Positions 1 to 8,541 of a stretch of DNA of 32,000 nucleotides are shown here, piece by piece (the first letter of the stretch is position 1; each line of letters starts with the position of its first letter). The DNA comes from Methanothermobacter marburgensis str. Marburg (GTDB taxonomy: Archaea; Methanobacteriota; Methanobacteria; Methanobacteriales; Methanothermobacteraceae), in assembly GCF_000145295.1 (NCBI RefSeq), contig NC_014408.1, positions 810,001-842,000 of the forward strand. Reading direction: 5' to 3'. The notes under the pieces were generated by a model. That model was not told the origin of the DNA. It saw only the letters and a program-made list of their open reading frames with translations, and did no database searches. The position numbers and the translations under genes are program-made.

Positions 1-1510
1 GGTTCTCATGGAGGGGTGGGAGGAGTTCTGCGAGTTTTGCAAGGTTTCTCAGTTCCACCAGGGCCTCGTCCCACTCATCGGGGGTTATGGTCTCAGGTGA
101 GGGTATCCTGACGAATGGCAGCTCACCATTGAAGTATCTCTCTGAGCTCTCCTTCATCCCGAATAACTGGAAGGGTGAGAGCTGTATGCTGTACAGTGGC
201 TCATGGAGGGCTCTCCTGTACTCGTTGAGCTCATCGCGCAGCTTCTCAACCCTCCTGAATTCCCTCTCGGCGTCTGGCCTCTCTGCCTCTGCCTCCATGA
301 GGGTTGACTCCAGTTCATTGAGGACGTCCTTCTTCCTGGCCTTGTGGGAGTGGAGTTCAAGGCAGAACCTCCCGAGGCCTATGGAGTCAAGCCTGCTCTT
401 CACAACCTCGAGGGCCGCCATCTTCTCACTCACAAAGAGTACCGTCTTTCCTGCGGCCATGAGCTCGGCTATGAGGTTCACTATGGTCTGGGACTTCCCT
501 GTCCCTGGTGGCCCCTCAACCACAAGGTTCTTACCCGCCTTTACATCCTCTATAACCGCGATCTGGGATGAGTCGGCGTCAACCACGTGGTAGAGGTCCT
601 CGTAGGGGATGCTGTCTATGTCCACCTCCCCGTCGTCCTCATCGATTTCAATGGAGAATAGGGCCTTAAGGAGGGGGCGTTCAACTATCTCATCCCAGTT
701 TGAGTAGGATGCCGGGTCAAGGTCCATGTACATGAGGAACTTGGTGAATGAGAAGAAACCCAGCTGGACCTCATCGGTGACCCCCCAGCCATCCATGGAT
801 TTCACCGCGTCCTCAACCTTCCTGAGGTACTCCGAGATCCCTGACGGACCCTGGGGCATCCTGAATTCAGGTAGTTCGATTCCCTCCTCCCTGAGCCTGG
901 CCTGGAGTGACATGTTGGTTATGATCTCGCTGCCATCCCAGCGTAGTGAGAATGATGAGCCCGCCCTTCGCCTCTCAAGGACCACCGGGACGAGAACCAG
1001 GGGGGCCCTCCTGATGTCAGGTTCATCTGCGGCCATCCACTCAAGGAAACCCAGGGCGAGGTAGAGTATGTTGTAGCCCTGCTCCTGGATCATCGTCCTG
1101 GCCCTCTGGTTGATGTAGAAGAGCCTCCTCTGGAGTTCAGATTCTGTGAGGTCGGTCAGTAGGACGTTCTCATCATCGGGTTTAAGGTCCTCCAGCTCAT
1201 CACCGGGGTCAAGCTCCCCTTCACTTTCAGGGTCCTCCAGCTCGTTAACGGTATCCACTTCACCTTCAGGGTCCTCCAGGTCATTACCGGGGTCAGTCTC
1301 TTCTTCAGGTTCCCTCCTGGGGGCCAGTTTCATCTTACCCCCGTTGAGGACAAGGTATGTGTATATGTATTCAGGGTCGTGGTTCACAACCTCAACCGTC
1401 CTTGACCTTGGCCTGAAATTCAGGAGCTGGTTTCGCATTGTGAGGTCAAGGAGTTTCTCCCTCAGGTTCTCAAATTCCCTCTCGATGATCTTCCTCGCAG
1501 ATTTATCCAT
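1..1510 (-). CDS. SF1 (Upf1-like) DNA/RNA helicase with DUF4011-type N-terminal region; only the N-terminal ~503 codons are present and the ORF runs off the left edge
   Basis: I translated the minus strand from ATG 1510..1508: MDKSARKIIEREFENLREKLLDLTMRNQLLNFRPRS (LLDLxxRNxLLNF is the DUF4011-like signature), QGYNILYLALGFLEW, and Walker A GPPGTGKS (nt 491-514). There is no stop down to position 1, so it is missing from the ORF track. The + strand track ORFs here are antisense shadows. Confidence 0.85.
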   Translation of the reverse strand, partial: MDKSARKIIEREFENLREKLLDLTMRNQLLNFRPRSRTVEVVNHDPEYIYTYLVLNGGKMKLAPRREPEEETDPGNDLEDPEGEVDTVNELEDPESEGELDPGDELEDLKPDDENVLLTDLTESELQRRLFYINQRARTMIQEQGYNILYLALGFLEWMAADEPDIRRAPLVLVPVVLERRRAGSSFSLRWDGSEIITNMSLQARLREEGIELPEFRMPQGPSGISEYLRKVEDAVKSMDGWGVTDEVQLGFFSFTKFLMYMDLDPASYSNWDEIVERPLLKALFSIEIDEDDGEVDIDSIPYEDLYHVVDADSSQIAVIEDVKAGKNLVVEGPPGTGKSQTIVNLIAELMAAGKTVLFVSEKMAALEVVKSRLDSIGLGRFCLELHSHKARKKDVLNELESTLMEAEAERPDAEREFRRVEKLRDELNEYRRALHEPLYSIQLSPFQLFGMKESSERYFNGELPFVRIPSPETITPDEWDEALVELRNLAKLAELLPPLHEN

Positions 1511-1606
1511 TCAGATTCTCCCTCAACAGTTATATCCCGCACCGAGGTACTGGGCCCTACATTCAGATTCTATTATAAAGATCATTAGCTGTCTGCACTC
1601 ATCCCA

Positions 1607-1933
1607 TCAGATCTTCTTCTCCTTGGGTGCTGTGGTGGCTGCAACCCTGTAGAAGACATAGACAAGGACGATGTCAACCAACCATATTATGGAGGCTATT
1701 ATCTCATCATTCCAGGGTATCGGGTGGAATAGGTCAATGAGGTCCATCACCCTCGTGGCCGAGAAGAATATCATTGAAACAGCGAATACCCTCAGGAGGA
1801 ATGTGGTCTCATTGATGTTGGAGAAGAGCATTCCCAGGGCCGCCTCACTGTATCTCAGGTTGTTGAAGAGTATCCTCGCTGCAAAGTACAGGGTCAGGAT
1901 GGGTGGTATCATGATGAGCCAGCCAGGGACCAT
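1607..1933 (-). CDS. small integral membrane protein (108 aa), function unknown
   Basis: Track ORF with three long hydrophobic segments (WLIMIPPILTLYFAARILF, FLLRVFAVSMIFFSA, IIASIIWLVDIVLVYVFY). ATG 1933..1931 shares one base with the TGA 1935..1933 of the upstream ORF (TGATG), which suggests translational coupling. Confidence 0.5.
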   Translation of the reverse strand: MVPGWLIMIPPILTLYFAARILFNNLRYSEAALGMLFSNINETTFLLRVFAVSMIFFSATRVMDLIDLFHPIPWNDEIIASIIWLVDIVLVYVFYRVAATTAPKEKKI

Positions 1934-2256
1934 CAGGCATCACCCCCCATGACCGAGGCCAGGAGTCCCACCGCTACAAGGAGAAAGAGGGCGTTGAGGT
2001 TCAGCAGGCCCTCAACCACGAACTCTGACTGTCCCCCCACGAATGTGAGGCCCACGAGTACCGTGAAGATGGATGATATGAATATGGATGCAGCTATAAT
2101 CCTGGACTCCCTCCTCTTAAGGAAGAGCATGGAGACCGCAAGTTCCCTGGACCTCAGCTCCGAGATTATCATGAGACATGAGACTATTATCATGACCCCC
2201 AGGATGAGCCCTGCCACGCGGTTTACAAGAATCAGGATATCCATGTAAAACACCAC
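1933..2256 (-). CDS. small integral membrane protein (103-107 aa), function unknown
   Basis: Track ORF with three hydrophobic segments. GTG 2256 gives the longest ORF. ATG 2244..2242, preceded by GGTGGTG 6 nt upstream, is the more likely start. Confidence 0.5.
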   Translation of the reverse strand: MVFYMDILILVNRVAGLILGVMIIVSCLMIISELRSRELAVSMLFLKRRESRIIAASIFISSIFTVLVGLTFVGGQSEFVVEGLLNLNALFLLVAVGLLASVMGGDA

Positions 2257-2330
2257 CAGATATTATGTTAAAGGAAATATTTATTTATTGGGTTTTTCAC
2301 CTCCAGAATCCCCATCAGCACCATAACCGT

Positions 2331-3263
2331 TCAATCAGTGGACCCGGAGTTAATGTGTGAGAGGAGGAGGGCCATGTTGATTATATCCTCCCTGTTGTGC
2401 TCCACCACGGGTACGAGGGGTCCCGGGTTACCGGTTGAGAGGTAGGTGTGGTAGTAGTCAGGCACATATGCCCCTGGAATGTCAAGGTCCCTCTCCACAC
2501 CCAGTATATAGCTCTCAACTGTGCAGAGTTTGCAGTCAGGCAGACTGCCACCCCAGAGGCGCCTTGACACATGGTAGAGGTCAACGTGGCACTGCTCCAG
2601 CCGGTTACTCAGGTTATGGAACTCTGACCTCCTCCTTATATAGGGAATGTCGAAGCTCGCCCCGTTGAATGTTACAAGGACCGAATCGGGTGGGATGTGG
2701 TGGAATATCTCAAGGACGGCGGCCTCCATGGAGGGTTCAGGGGCGAGGCGCTGCCTCACATGGATCTTATCATCCTCAATCCAGGCCATGCCAGTGAGTA
2801 TCACCGGTTCGTCTGAGAGCCCGAGGGTCTCGATGTCAAGGAAGGTGAACATCTCACCCTCAAGGAGTCCCAGAGCAGTGAGCACCCTCTCATCGGATGA
2901 GGAGGCGTTGAGGTAACACCTAAGGTTGTAGACATCCCCTGACTGGATCATGGAAAGGACCCTGGAGGCCTCATCCCTGTACCTCTCATGTGCAAGGAGG
3001 TCGGGAACCGTGAGGTACCCCTCAGACTTCAGCCGCTCCTCGGTGACCGGCCCAACACCCCTGAGGAGCTTGAGGTCAGAGAGGATGTCATCCACTGATT
3101 CCCGCACCCTGAACCTCACCTTCCTGGTGAAGGATACCTCAAGTGCCTCTGAACCAGCAGCGGTCACCCTGGATGCCCCGATGGCCTCCTCCAGCTCCAC
3201 TCCATCGTACTCCATCATGAGGTCCCATTTGAGTTTTTCAAACATCCAGTACCCCCCATTCAA
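2331..3263 (-). CDS. RNase H-fold 3'-5' exonuclease, YprB/MrfB-like, with N-terminal helix-hairpin-helix
   Basis: 310-aa track ORF. It has an HhH-like segment LKLLRGVGPVTEERLKSEGYLTVPDL followed by exonuclease motifs FLDIETLGL (DxE), VTFNGASFDIPYI and VVEHNREDI. TTG 3263 overlaps the stop of the upstream helicase (TGA 3262..3260). ATG 3245 is an alternative start. Confidence 0.7.
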   Translation of the reverse strand: MNGGYWMFEKLKWDLMMEYDGVELEEAIGASRVTAAGSEALEVSFTRKVRFRVRESVDDILSDLKLLRGVGPVTEERLKSEGYLTVPDLLAHERYRDEASRVLSMIQSGDVYNLRCYLNASSSDERVLTALGLLEGEMFTFLDIETLGLSDEPVILTGMAWIEDDKIHVRQRLAPEPSMEAAVLEIFHHIPPDSVLVTFNGASFDIPYIRRRSEFHNLSNRLEQCHVDLYHVSRRLWGGSLPDCKLCTVESYILGVERDLDIPGAYVPDYYHTYLSTGNPGPLVPVVEHNREDIINMALLLSHINSGSTD

Positions 3264-5737
3264 TTCATTCCATTCCTGGCCCTCTCATGGAAGTAATCGG
3301 CCATTTCAGCCTCCCCCTGCTCCCTGAGGATGGCCCCCATGAGGTAGCATGCCCCTGCATTTTCTGGCTCCTCCTCAAGGATCTCATGCAGCTTCAGTTT
3401 GGCATCAGAGAGCCTTCCCTCACTGCAGAGGAGTTCAACCTCCTCAAGGACAGCTGGGGCCTCCTCACTGCTTTCCTCCTTGGCATCTCCAGAGACCATA
3501 CCCATGAGGTGTTCGAGTATCATCACTGTGGCGTCCCTGTGGAGCGGTGAATTGTCGTTGCCACATTTTGGGGAGTAGATGCATGACGGGCACCCGTCAC
3601 TGCAGCCGCAGGATGATACAAGTTCAAGTGTCGACCTGAGAAGGTCCTCGAAGACCTCAACACCCTTCTCAGCAAGTCCTATGCCACCCTCAAAGCCGTC
3701 GTAGATGAACACCGTTGCCTCCTGTGTGTCCTGGTGCCATGGGGTTGACAGTCCCCCTATGTCCATCCTGTCGCAGAGCACATGGAGGGGGAAAAGTGCT
3801 ATGAGCGCGTGTTCAGCCCCGTGGAGTCCGCCCTCAAATGTTTCATCATCCCCGTACTCCCCTTCAACCCTCTTTCTGAGAGTTTCGGGTACCGTGAACC
3901 AGAGTGCCCTGGTCCTGAACCTGATGGGTGGAAGTTCAAGGTCCCTCTTACCCAGGACCCTGCTGTAGTTCATGACCCTGTAACCGGTGTAGTGCTCTGT
4001 AACCTCAACCTCCCCGAAGTTGACCTCAAGGCTTCCCACCCGCCTCCTTCTGAGTTTCCTGATCACCCTGAGCTCAGTCTCCCTGAGGACCGATGTATGG
4101 TACTCCACGTCCCTCCTCTCAACGGTTATCCTCCTCTTCTGCAGGTCAAAGTCCCGTACGATGTAGGTGTTGCCGTGGTTCATGAGCACAGCCCCCTCAT
4201 GGGCCTCCCTGTAGGCCTGGGACCTGCTCATGGTCTCAAGTGTCCTGCCCTCACATATCACCGTGAAGGTATCTGATGAGATATCATCCAGCCCATACCT
4301 GAAATGGGGGTCGGTGCTGCACACCAGTCCCTCCTGTGAGATTTCAAGTTCCCCCTCCTCGAGCATCTCCCCTGCCACCGCCATGCTGAAGTCGTGGTCC
4401 AGGAAGTCGTCGAGGGTGAGGGGTAACTCTGATGCCGCGCAGGCCGTATGGTTCCTGAGTATTAACCTGTTTTCAGGGTTGATTATGGCGTTCTCATGGG
4501 GCCTCTCGAAGATGAAGGAGGGGTTCTTCATGATGTACTGGTCCAGGGGGTTCTCGAATGCCACCAGGATAACAAGGGAGTCGTTCCTGTTCCTCCCTGC
4601 CCTCCCTGCCTGCTGCCAGGTGGATATCATGGTGCCAGGGTACCCTGATATTATGACGGCGTCCAGTGACCCGATGTCTATTCCAAGCTCCAGAGCGTTG
4701 GTGGTGGTGACGCCCAGGAGCTTCCCGGATCGAAGCCCTGACTCTATCATCCTCCTCTGATCTGCAAGGTAACCTGCCCTGTAGGATGTCACACGGTCAA
4801 TGAGCTTCCTGTTTTCCCTGTCAAGCTGTTCCCTGGTCCACCGGGTTACAAGTTCAGCCATCTTCCTTGAAACGGTGAAGCAGAGGGTCTGAACACCCCT
4901 CAGAACAAGGTAGGTGAGTATGGATGATGTTTCAAGGTGTGCCGATGGGTCCCCCCTCTTGCTGTAGGGGTTGTAGAGTACGAAGTGCCTGGGGCCGGAG
5001 GGTGACGTGTCCCCTGAGATAACATGGAAATCCAGGCCAGTCAGTTTACCTGAGAACTCCTCAGGGTTGGCAAGGGTTGCACTTGCAAGGATGAACCTGG
5101 GATCTGAACCGTAATGCCTGCAGATCCTCCTTAGCCTCCTTATGAGGAGCGCCACACTTGATCCAAAGACACCCCGGTACTGGTGGGCCTCATCTATCAC
5201 CACGTACCTGAGGTTACTGTAGAACCTCCTCCACTGGTGGTGCCATGGGAGGATACGGTGGAGCTGGTGGGGGTTGGTGAGGACTGCCCGTGAGTTCTCA
5301 CGTATCCATGGCCTCATCTCCCTGGGGGTGTCCCCATCGTAGGTTGCCGGGTTCAGTGTGATTCCAAGCTCAGATTCCAGGTGCCTCAGAACCTTCAGCT
5401 GGTCCCTTGAGAGTGCCTTGGCAGGGTAGATGTAGAGGGCCGTTGCACTCCCATCGAGGGTTAGGGTCTCCATTATGGGGAGGTTGAAGGCCAGGGTCTT
5501 CCCTGAGGCCGTTGGGGTTGTTATGAGAATGTTCCTGCCCTCCCTTATTGCCTCGAGGGCCTCTGCCTGGTGTCGGTAGAGTCTGATGCCATTTCCCTCA
5601 AGGTACTCCATGATGTTCTCAGGGAGATCCTTGACCTCTGCGTATTCAGCTCTCCTTGCGGGGACCGTCTCAACGTGTTCCACCGCATCCCTGAAGCGCC
5701 AGTCCCTGGTGAACCTCTCAAGCACCCTTTTAACCAT
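3260..5737 (-). CDS. DEXH-box SF2 helicase with C-terminal DUF1998 metal-binding domain (YprA/MrfA family)
   Basis: 825-aa track ORF. Helicase motifs TPTASGKT (I), VVIDEAHQYRG (II), ASATL (III) and QQAGRAGR (VI). DUF1998-type Cys cluster CGCSDGCPSCIYSPKCGNDNSPLHR. An extra acidic, TPR-like tail. TATA-like TTTAATAG (minus strand, 5768..5761) lies ~23 nt before the ATG and there is no SD, so the mRNA may be leaderless. Confidence 0.9.
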   Translation of the reverse strand: MVKRVLERFTRDWRFRDAVEHVETVPARRAEYAEVKDLPENIMEYLEGNGIRLYRHQAEALEAIREGRNILITTPTASGKTLAFNLPIMETLTLDGSATALYIYPAKALSRDQLKVLRHLESELGITLNPATYDGDTPREMRPWIRENSRAVLTNPHQLHRILPWHHQWRRFYSNLRYVVIDEAHQYRGVFGSSVALLIRRLRRICRHYGSDPRFILASATLANPEEFSGKLTGLDFHVISGDTSPSGPRHFVLYNPYSKRGDPSAHLETSSILTYLVLRGVQTLCFTVSRKMAELVTRWTREQLDRENRKLIDRVTSYRAGYLADQRRMIESGLRSGKLLGVTTTNALELGIDIGSLDAVIISGYPGTMISTWQQAGRAGRNRNDSLVILVAFENPLDQYIMKNPSFIFERPHENAIINPENRLILRNHTACAASELPLTLDDFLDHDFSMAVAGEMLEEGELEISQEGLVCSTDPHFRYGLDDISSDTFTVICEGRTLETMSRSQAYREAHEGAVLMNHGNTYIVRDFDLQKRRITVERRDVEYHTSVLRETELRVIRKLRRRRVGSLEVNFGEVEVTEHYTGYRVMNYSRVLGKRDLELPPIRFRTRALWFTVPETLRKRVEGEYGDDETFEGGLHGAEHALIALFPLHVLCDRMDIGGLSTPWHQDTQEATVFIYDGFEGGIGLAEKGVEVFEDLLRSTLELVSSCGCSDGCPSCIYSPKCGNDNSPLHRDATVMILEHLMGMVSGDAKEESSEEAPAVLEEVELLCSEGRLSDAKLKLHEILEEEPENAGACYLMGAILREQGEAEMADYFHERARNGMN

Positions 5738-5877
5738 GTTAATAGAATTGGGGGACGATCCTATTAAATGTTTTTCAGTTCATGGATCTCTCCCCACGTG
5801 ATTCAAAATTAATATATACGTGTAAACCCATATTATTTAACAGTGAAGAGGGGAGTGTTAATATCAGGAGAGTAATT

Positions 5878-6354
5878 GTGATTATCCTAGCACTTGCCGT
5901 TCTTGCAGTGGCGGGCTGTGTATCAGAGGAATCAGAATACCAGGACCAGAACCTCAGTAATTACCCGGATGTGAGTCCAGAGGATTACATGACCTCGGAT
6001 ACAGGGAATGCCTCTGGAAAAGGCGAATATGATGCTAGTGGAGTCTGCACCTACGTTGTTGATGGGGACACCATCGATGTTTCAGGCACAGGGAGGATAC
6101 GCCTTGTGGGTGTCAACACCCCTGAGAGGGGGGAGCCTGGCTACAGGGAGGCGAAGGACTTCATGAAATCAATGTGCCTCTCAAGGACCGTGCAGCTCGA
6201 CATAGACGATGCAAAAAGGCATGATAAATACGGGAGGGTCCTCGCCGTGGTCTACGTGGACGGAGTCAACATAAACCGGGAACTCCTCAGGAGGGGATAT
6301 GCTGAGGTCATGTACATTCCACCATCCGAGTTCAACCCATATGAGTGGACCTGA
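5878..6354 (+). CDS. secreted/lipoprotein staphylococcal-type nuclease (thermonuclease family)
   Basis: Track ORF 5782..6354. SNase signature GDTIDV..GRIRLVGVNTPE..GYREAKDF..KRHDKYGRVLAVVYVDG..NRELLRRGYA. In-frame GTG 5878 lies 7 nt after AGGAG (5866-5870). It yields (M)IIILALAVLAVAGC, a lipoprotein-type signal peptide. The ATG at 5782 has no SD. Confidence 0.85.
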   Translation: MIILALAVLAVAGCVSEESEYQDQNLSNYPDVSPEDYMTSDTGNASGKGEYDASGVCTYVVDGDTIDVSGTGRIRLVGVNTPERGEPGYREAKDFMKSMCLSRTVQLDIDDAKRHDKYGRVLAVVYVDGVNINRELLRRGYAEVMYIPPSEFNPYEWT

Positions 6355-6390
6355 ATATCATATCTATATAAAATTAAGGGGGGTGATAAA

Positions 6391-6636
6391 ATGGGGGAAT
6401 TTAAACTCGAAGTTCTTAAGACCATGGGTACACTGATAACTACTGCATTCGGCCTAATAGCGGCTCTTGCCTGGAACGAGGCCATAAAGGCACTGATAAC
6501 ACAGTTCTTCAAGGCAGGCAATGAACTCACCGGACTATTCGTCTATGCGCTCATTGTGACCATCCTTGCAGTCATTGCAACCATCCTAATTGCAAGGAGC
6601 CTTGCTCATTACGGGATAGAACTGCCTGAAGAGTAA
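6391..6636 (+). CDS. small two-TM membrane protein (DUF5654-like, from memory)
   Basis: 81-aa track ORF. SD GGGGGGTGAT sits 3 nt before the ATG. Sequence TAFGLIAALAWNEAIKALI plus a second hydrophobic helix YALIVTILAVIATILIA. Confidence 0.7.
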   Translation: MGEFKLEVLKTMGTLITTAFGLIAALAWNEAIKALITQFFKAGNELTGLFVYALIVTILAVIATILIARSLAHYGIELPEE

Positions 6637-6639
6637 AAA

Positions 6640-8403
6640 TCAAGAACTGTCCCAAGCATCGATTATCTTTTTCTTAAATTTTTTGAGTTCATCGTCACTA
6701 ACTACTTTTCCATTTATAAGTAAGTACCCCTTTAAAGTTCTAAGAATAAAAGACACTATTGCGTGACCTATCATATCCCCCTTAAGGCCATATGGTGGCT
6801 TAGCAAGAAATATTAAATCCTTTTCATTTATTGCACCCCTTTTGGATACTCTTTCTACAGCCACCTCAATCATAGTTTTTACTGGATGGTAGATATTTTC
6901 CATGAAGCGAAGATCATCATCGACAATCCAGTTTCCATTGGAATCACGTAATAGATAAGATAAATAAGATATAATACCTTTTTTAGTCTTTGATTTGAAT
7001 TCATTGAGATTTTCAGAAAGAAGAAATATTTCCGAGATTTTTGGATAATTTCCATTCTTCCATAAGTTTCTATTCTTACGTATATTAGTAATATTCTCAG
7101 GACCTAAAGGGAAAATTCTTCTTGAGAAATCATTGTTTATCATTTTACTAATATGCAAAAGTTTGTTACAATAGCCTGATTCACCATTAATATGCCAAAA
7201 AAAGCCAGAATGCAACATATCAATAATCCATAGGGAAACTATTTGATCCGCTTTTTCATGGTATTCTTCATTTTTTAATGTAAATCCACGTGTTTTGTTA
7301 TTGAGAAACAATTCAAATTCTTTAAAATGTTCACAAGGCACTATAGAAACTAGATTTTTATAATTAAATAACTTTTTCGCTTTATCATTCAATAATATTA
7401 CATCTTCTTTATTTATAGATAAAAAGAGGACTATATTTATGTTCTGGTTGTTGAATTTAAAATTTTGTAGCTGTTTTTCTATCAAGGTAATATTTTTGAA
7501 ATCTAGAAGAATTAAATTAACATCACGATTTGTTGAGTTCTTGAAAAGATTTTTAAATTCTGTTTTATTTCTAAGAATGGCAGAAGGTCTTTTATACATA
7601 TTTTTTATCAATTTTTCTTTGATTTCTGTTTCATATTTCCTAAGTTTTATTTTTTCGTGGTTTTTGAGGGACTTCAAGTAAAATTTAAGTATATTTTTTG
7701 ATTCTAGCTCTTTAAGTTCAACAAAATCTTCATTGAAGTTGGAGATAATTTTAAGTTCCTCTAATATCTTTAAGTGATTTATTAAATTCTTTTTTGATAT
7801 TCCAAATAACTTATACGGCCCTCCAGGGCAGCCTTTATCATAGAGTTCTTCAAAGGAAATTCTAGAGGTTTCAAGATACTCCGCTAATTTATAAAGGCTA
7901 TATCCAACCATATATGACTCAACATTAACTGTTTTTCTGATTATATGTCGAACATAATTACCCTTCATTTCAATAGAAACTAGTTTTCTTAATCTTGAAT
8001 GTCTAAAAAGGTTAAATAAAGCGCTTACAGAGTTCATTGCTGACTTTCTTCCTAAATTTCCATTTTCCAGGACAAGATTTAAAACCTCCTTTTTTGTTAC
8101 CTTTACATTAAATTGTATGAAATCACAGAAAAAATTGACAATAGGAGATCCATAATATAGGTTTATCCATAAAACAAAAAATGTAAAATCTGGATTCAAG
8201 AAATAAATTTCTAATAAATCCTGAGATAAATCTTTTGAGCTTAATAAATTAGCATCTAAAAGCCAGTTGATTACTGCTTTTCTTTGAATAGGGCCAAGGT
8301 TACTCTCAGATTTTATCCAATCTTCACCATAAATCAGATAATCGATGAGCCATTCTTCCCTTAAGCCAAATGTAGAATATCTGTCAAATCCTTTTTTAAG
8401 CAT
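6640..8403 (-). CDS. 587-aa island protein; N-terminal region DUF4007-like (tentative), function unknown
   Basis: Track ORF with GTGAT 3 nt before ATG 8403. FDRYSTFGLREEWLIDYL..LGPIQRKAVINWLLDANLL..FFVLWINLYYGSPIV resembles, from memory, the DUF4007 pattern (F.GHETF.LR.GWL.K..LGVGKNMV.S.RYWL.A.GL..LWLLHW). The C-terminal region contains AKPPYGLKGDMIGHAIVSFILR. I recognised no catalytic motif. Confidence 0.7.
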   Translation of the reverse strand: MLKKGFDRYSTFGLREEWLIDYLIYGEDWIKSESNLGPIQRKAVINWLLDANLLSSKDLSQDLLEIYFLNPDFTFFVLWINLYYGSPIVNFFCDFIQFNVKVTKKEVLNLVLENGNLGRKSAMNSVSALFNLFRHSRLRKLVSIEMKGNYVRHIIRKTVNVESYMVGYSLYKLAEYLETSRISFEELYDKGCPGGPYKLFGISKKNLINHLKILEELKIISNFNEDFVELKELESKNILKFYLKSLKNHEKIKLRKYETEIKEKLIKNMYKRPSAILRNKTEFKNLFKNSTNRDVNLILLDFKNITLIEKQLQNFKFNNQNINIVLFLSINKEDVILLNDKAKKLFNYKNLVSIVPCEHFKEFELFLNNKTRGFTLKNEEYHEKADQIVSLWIIDMLHSGFFWHINGESGYCNKLLHISKMINNDFSRRIFPLGPENITNIRKNRNLWKNGNYPKISEIFLLSENLNEFKSKTKKGIISYLSYLLRDSNGNWIVDDDLRFMENIYHPVKTMIEVAVERVSKRGAINEKDLIFLAKPPYGLKGDMIGHAIVSFILRTLKGYLLINGKVVSDDELKKFKKKIIDAWDSS

Positions 8404-8487
8404 GATATCACTGATAACTACCTTTTTGTTGCTTCATTGACTATAATATGGAACATCGAAAGTATTTAAAAGTAGAAAATTTAATTT

Positions 8488-8502
8488 ATCTATATAAAAT
8501 TT
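8488..8502 (+). promoter_or_regulatory. archaeal TATA-box candidate for the 8542 gene
   Basis: TATCTATATAAAATT, with TATATAAA at 8491-8498, lies ~45 nt upstream of ATG 8542 in the divergent 138-bp spacer. Confidence 0.4.
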
Positions 8503-8541
8503 TCCCCTCATTTATAACGTTATTACTAATATGGTGATTTC

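Noticed and set aside
87-1652. Three long + strand track ORFs (87..593, 726..1064, 1146..1652) and the minus ORF 154..360
   Set aside because: The translations are Ser/Leu/Arg/Pro-rich low-complexity strings without motifs. A different minus-strand frame reads through the whole region as one motif-rich helicase ORF, from ATG 1510 to the window edge. These are antisense or off-frame shadow ORFs.
3287-5801. + strand track ORFs inside or overlapping the 3260..5737 helicase gene (3287..3550, 3705..3968, 3782..4276, 4230..4760, 5570..5767, 5586..5801)
   Set aside because: They lie opposite a helicase ORF with a complete SF2 motif set. They have no SD or promoter context and their composition is typical of antisense frames.
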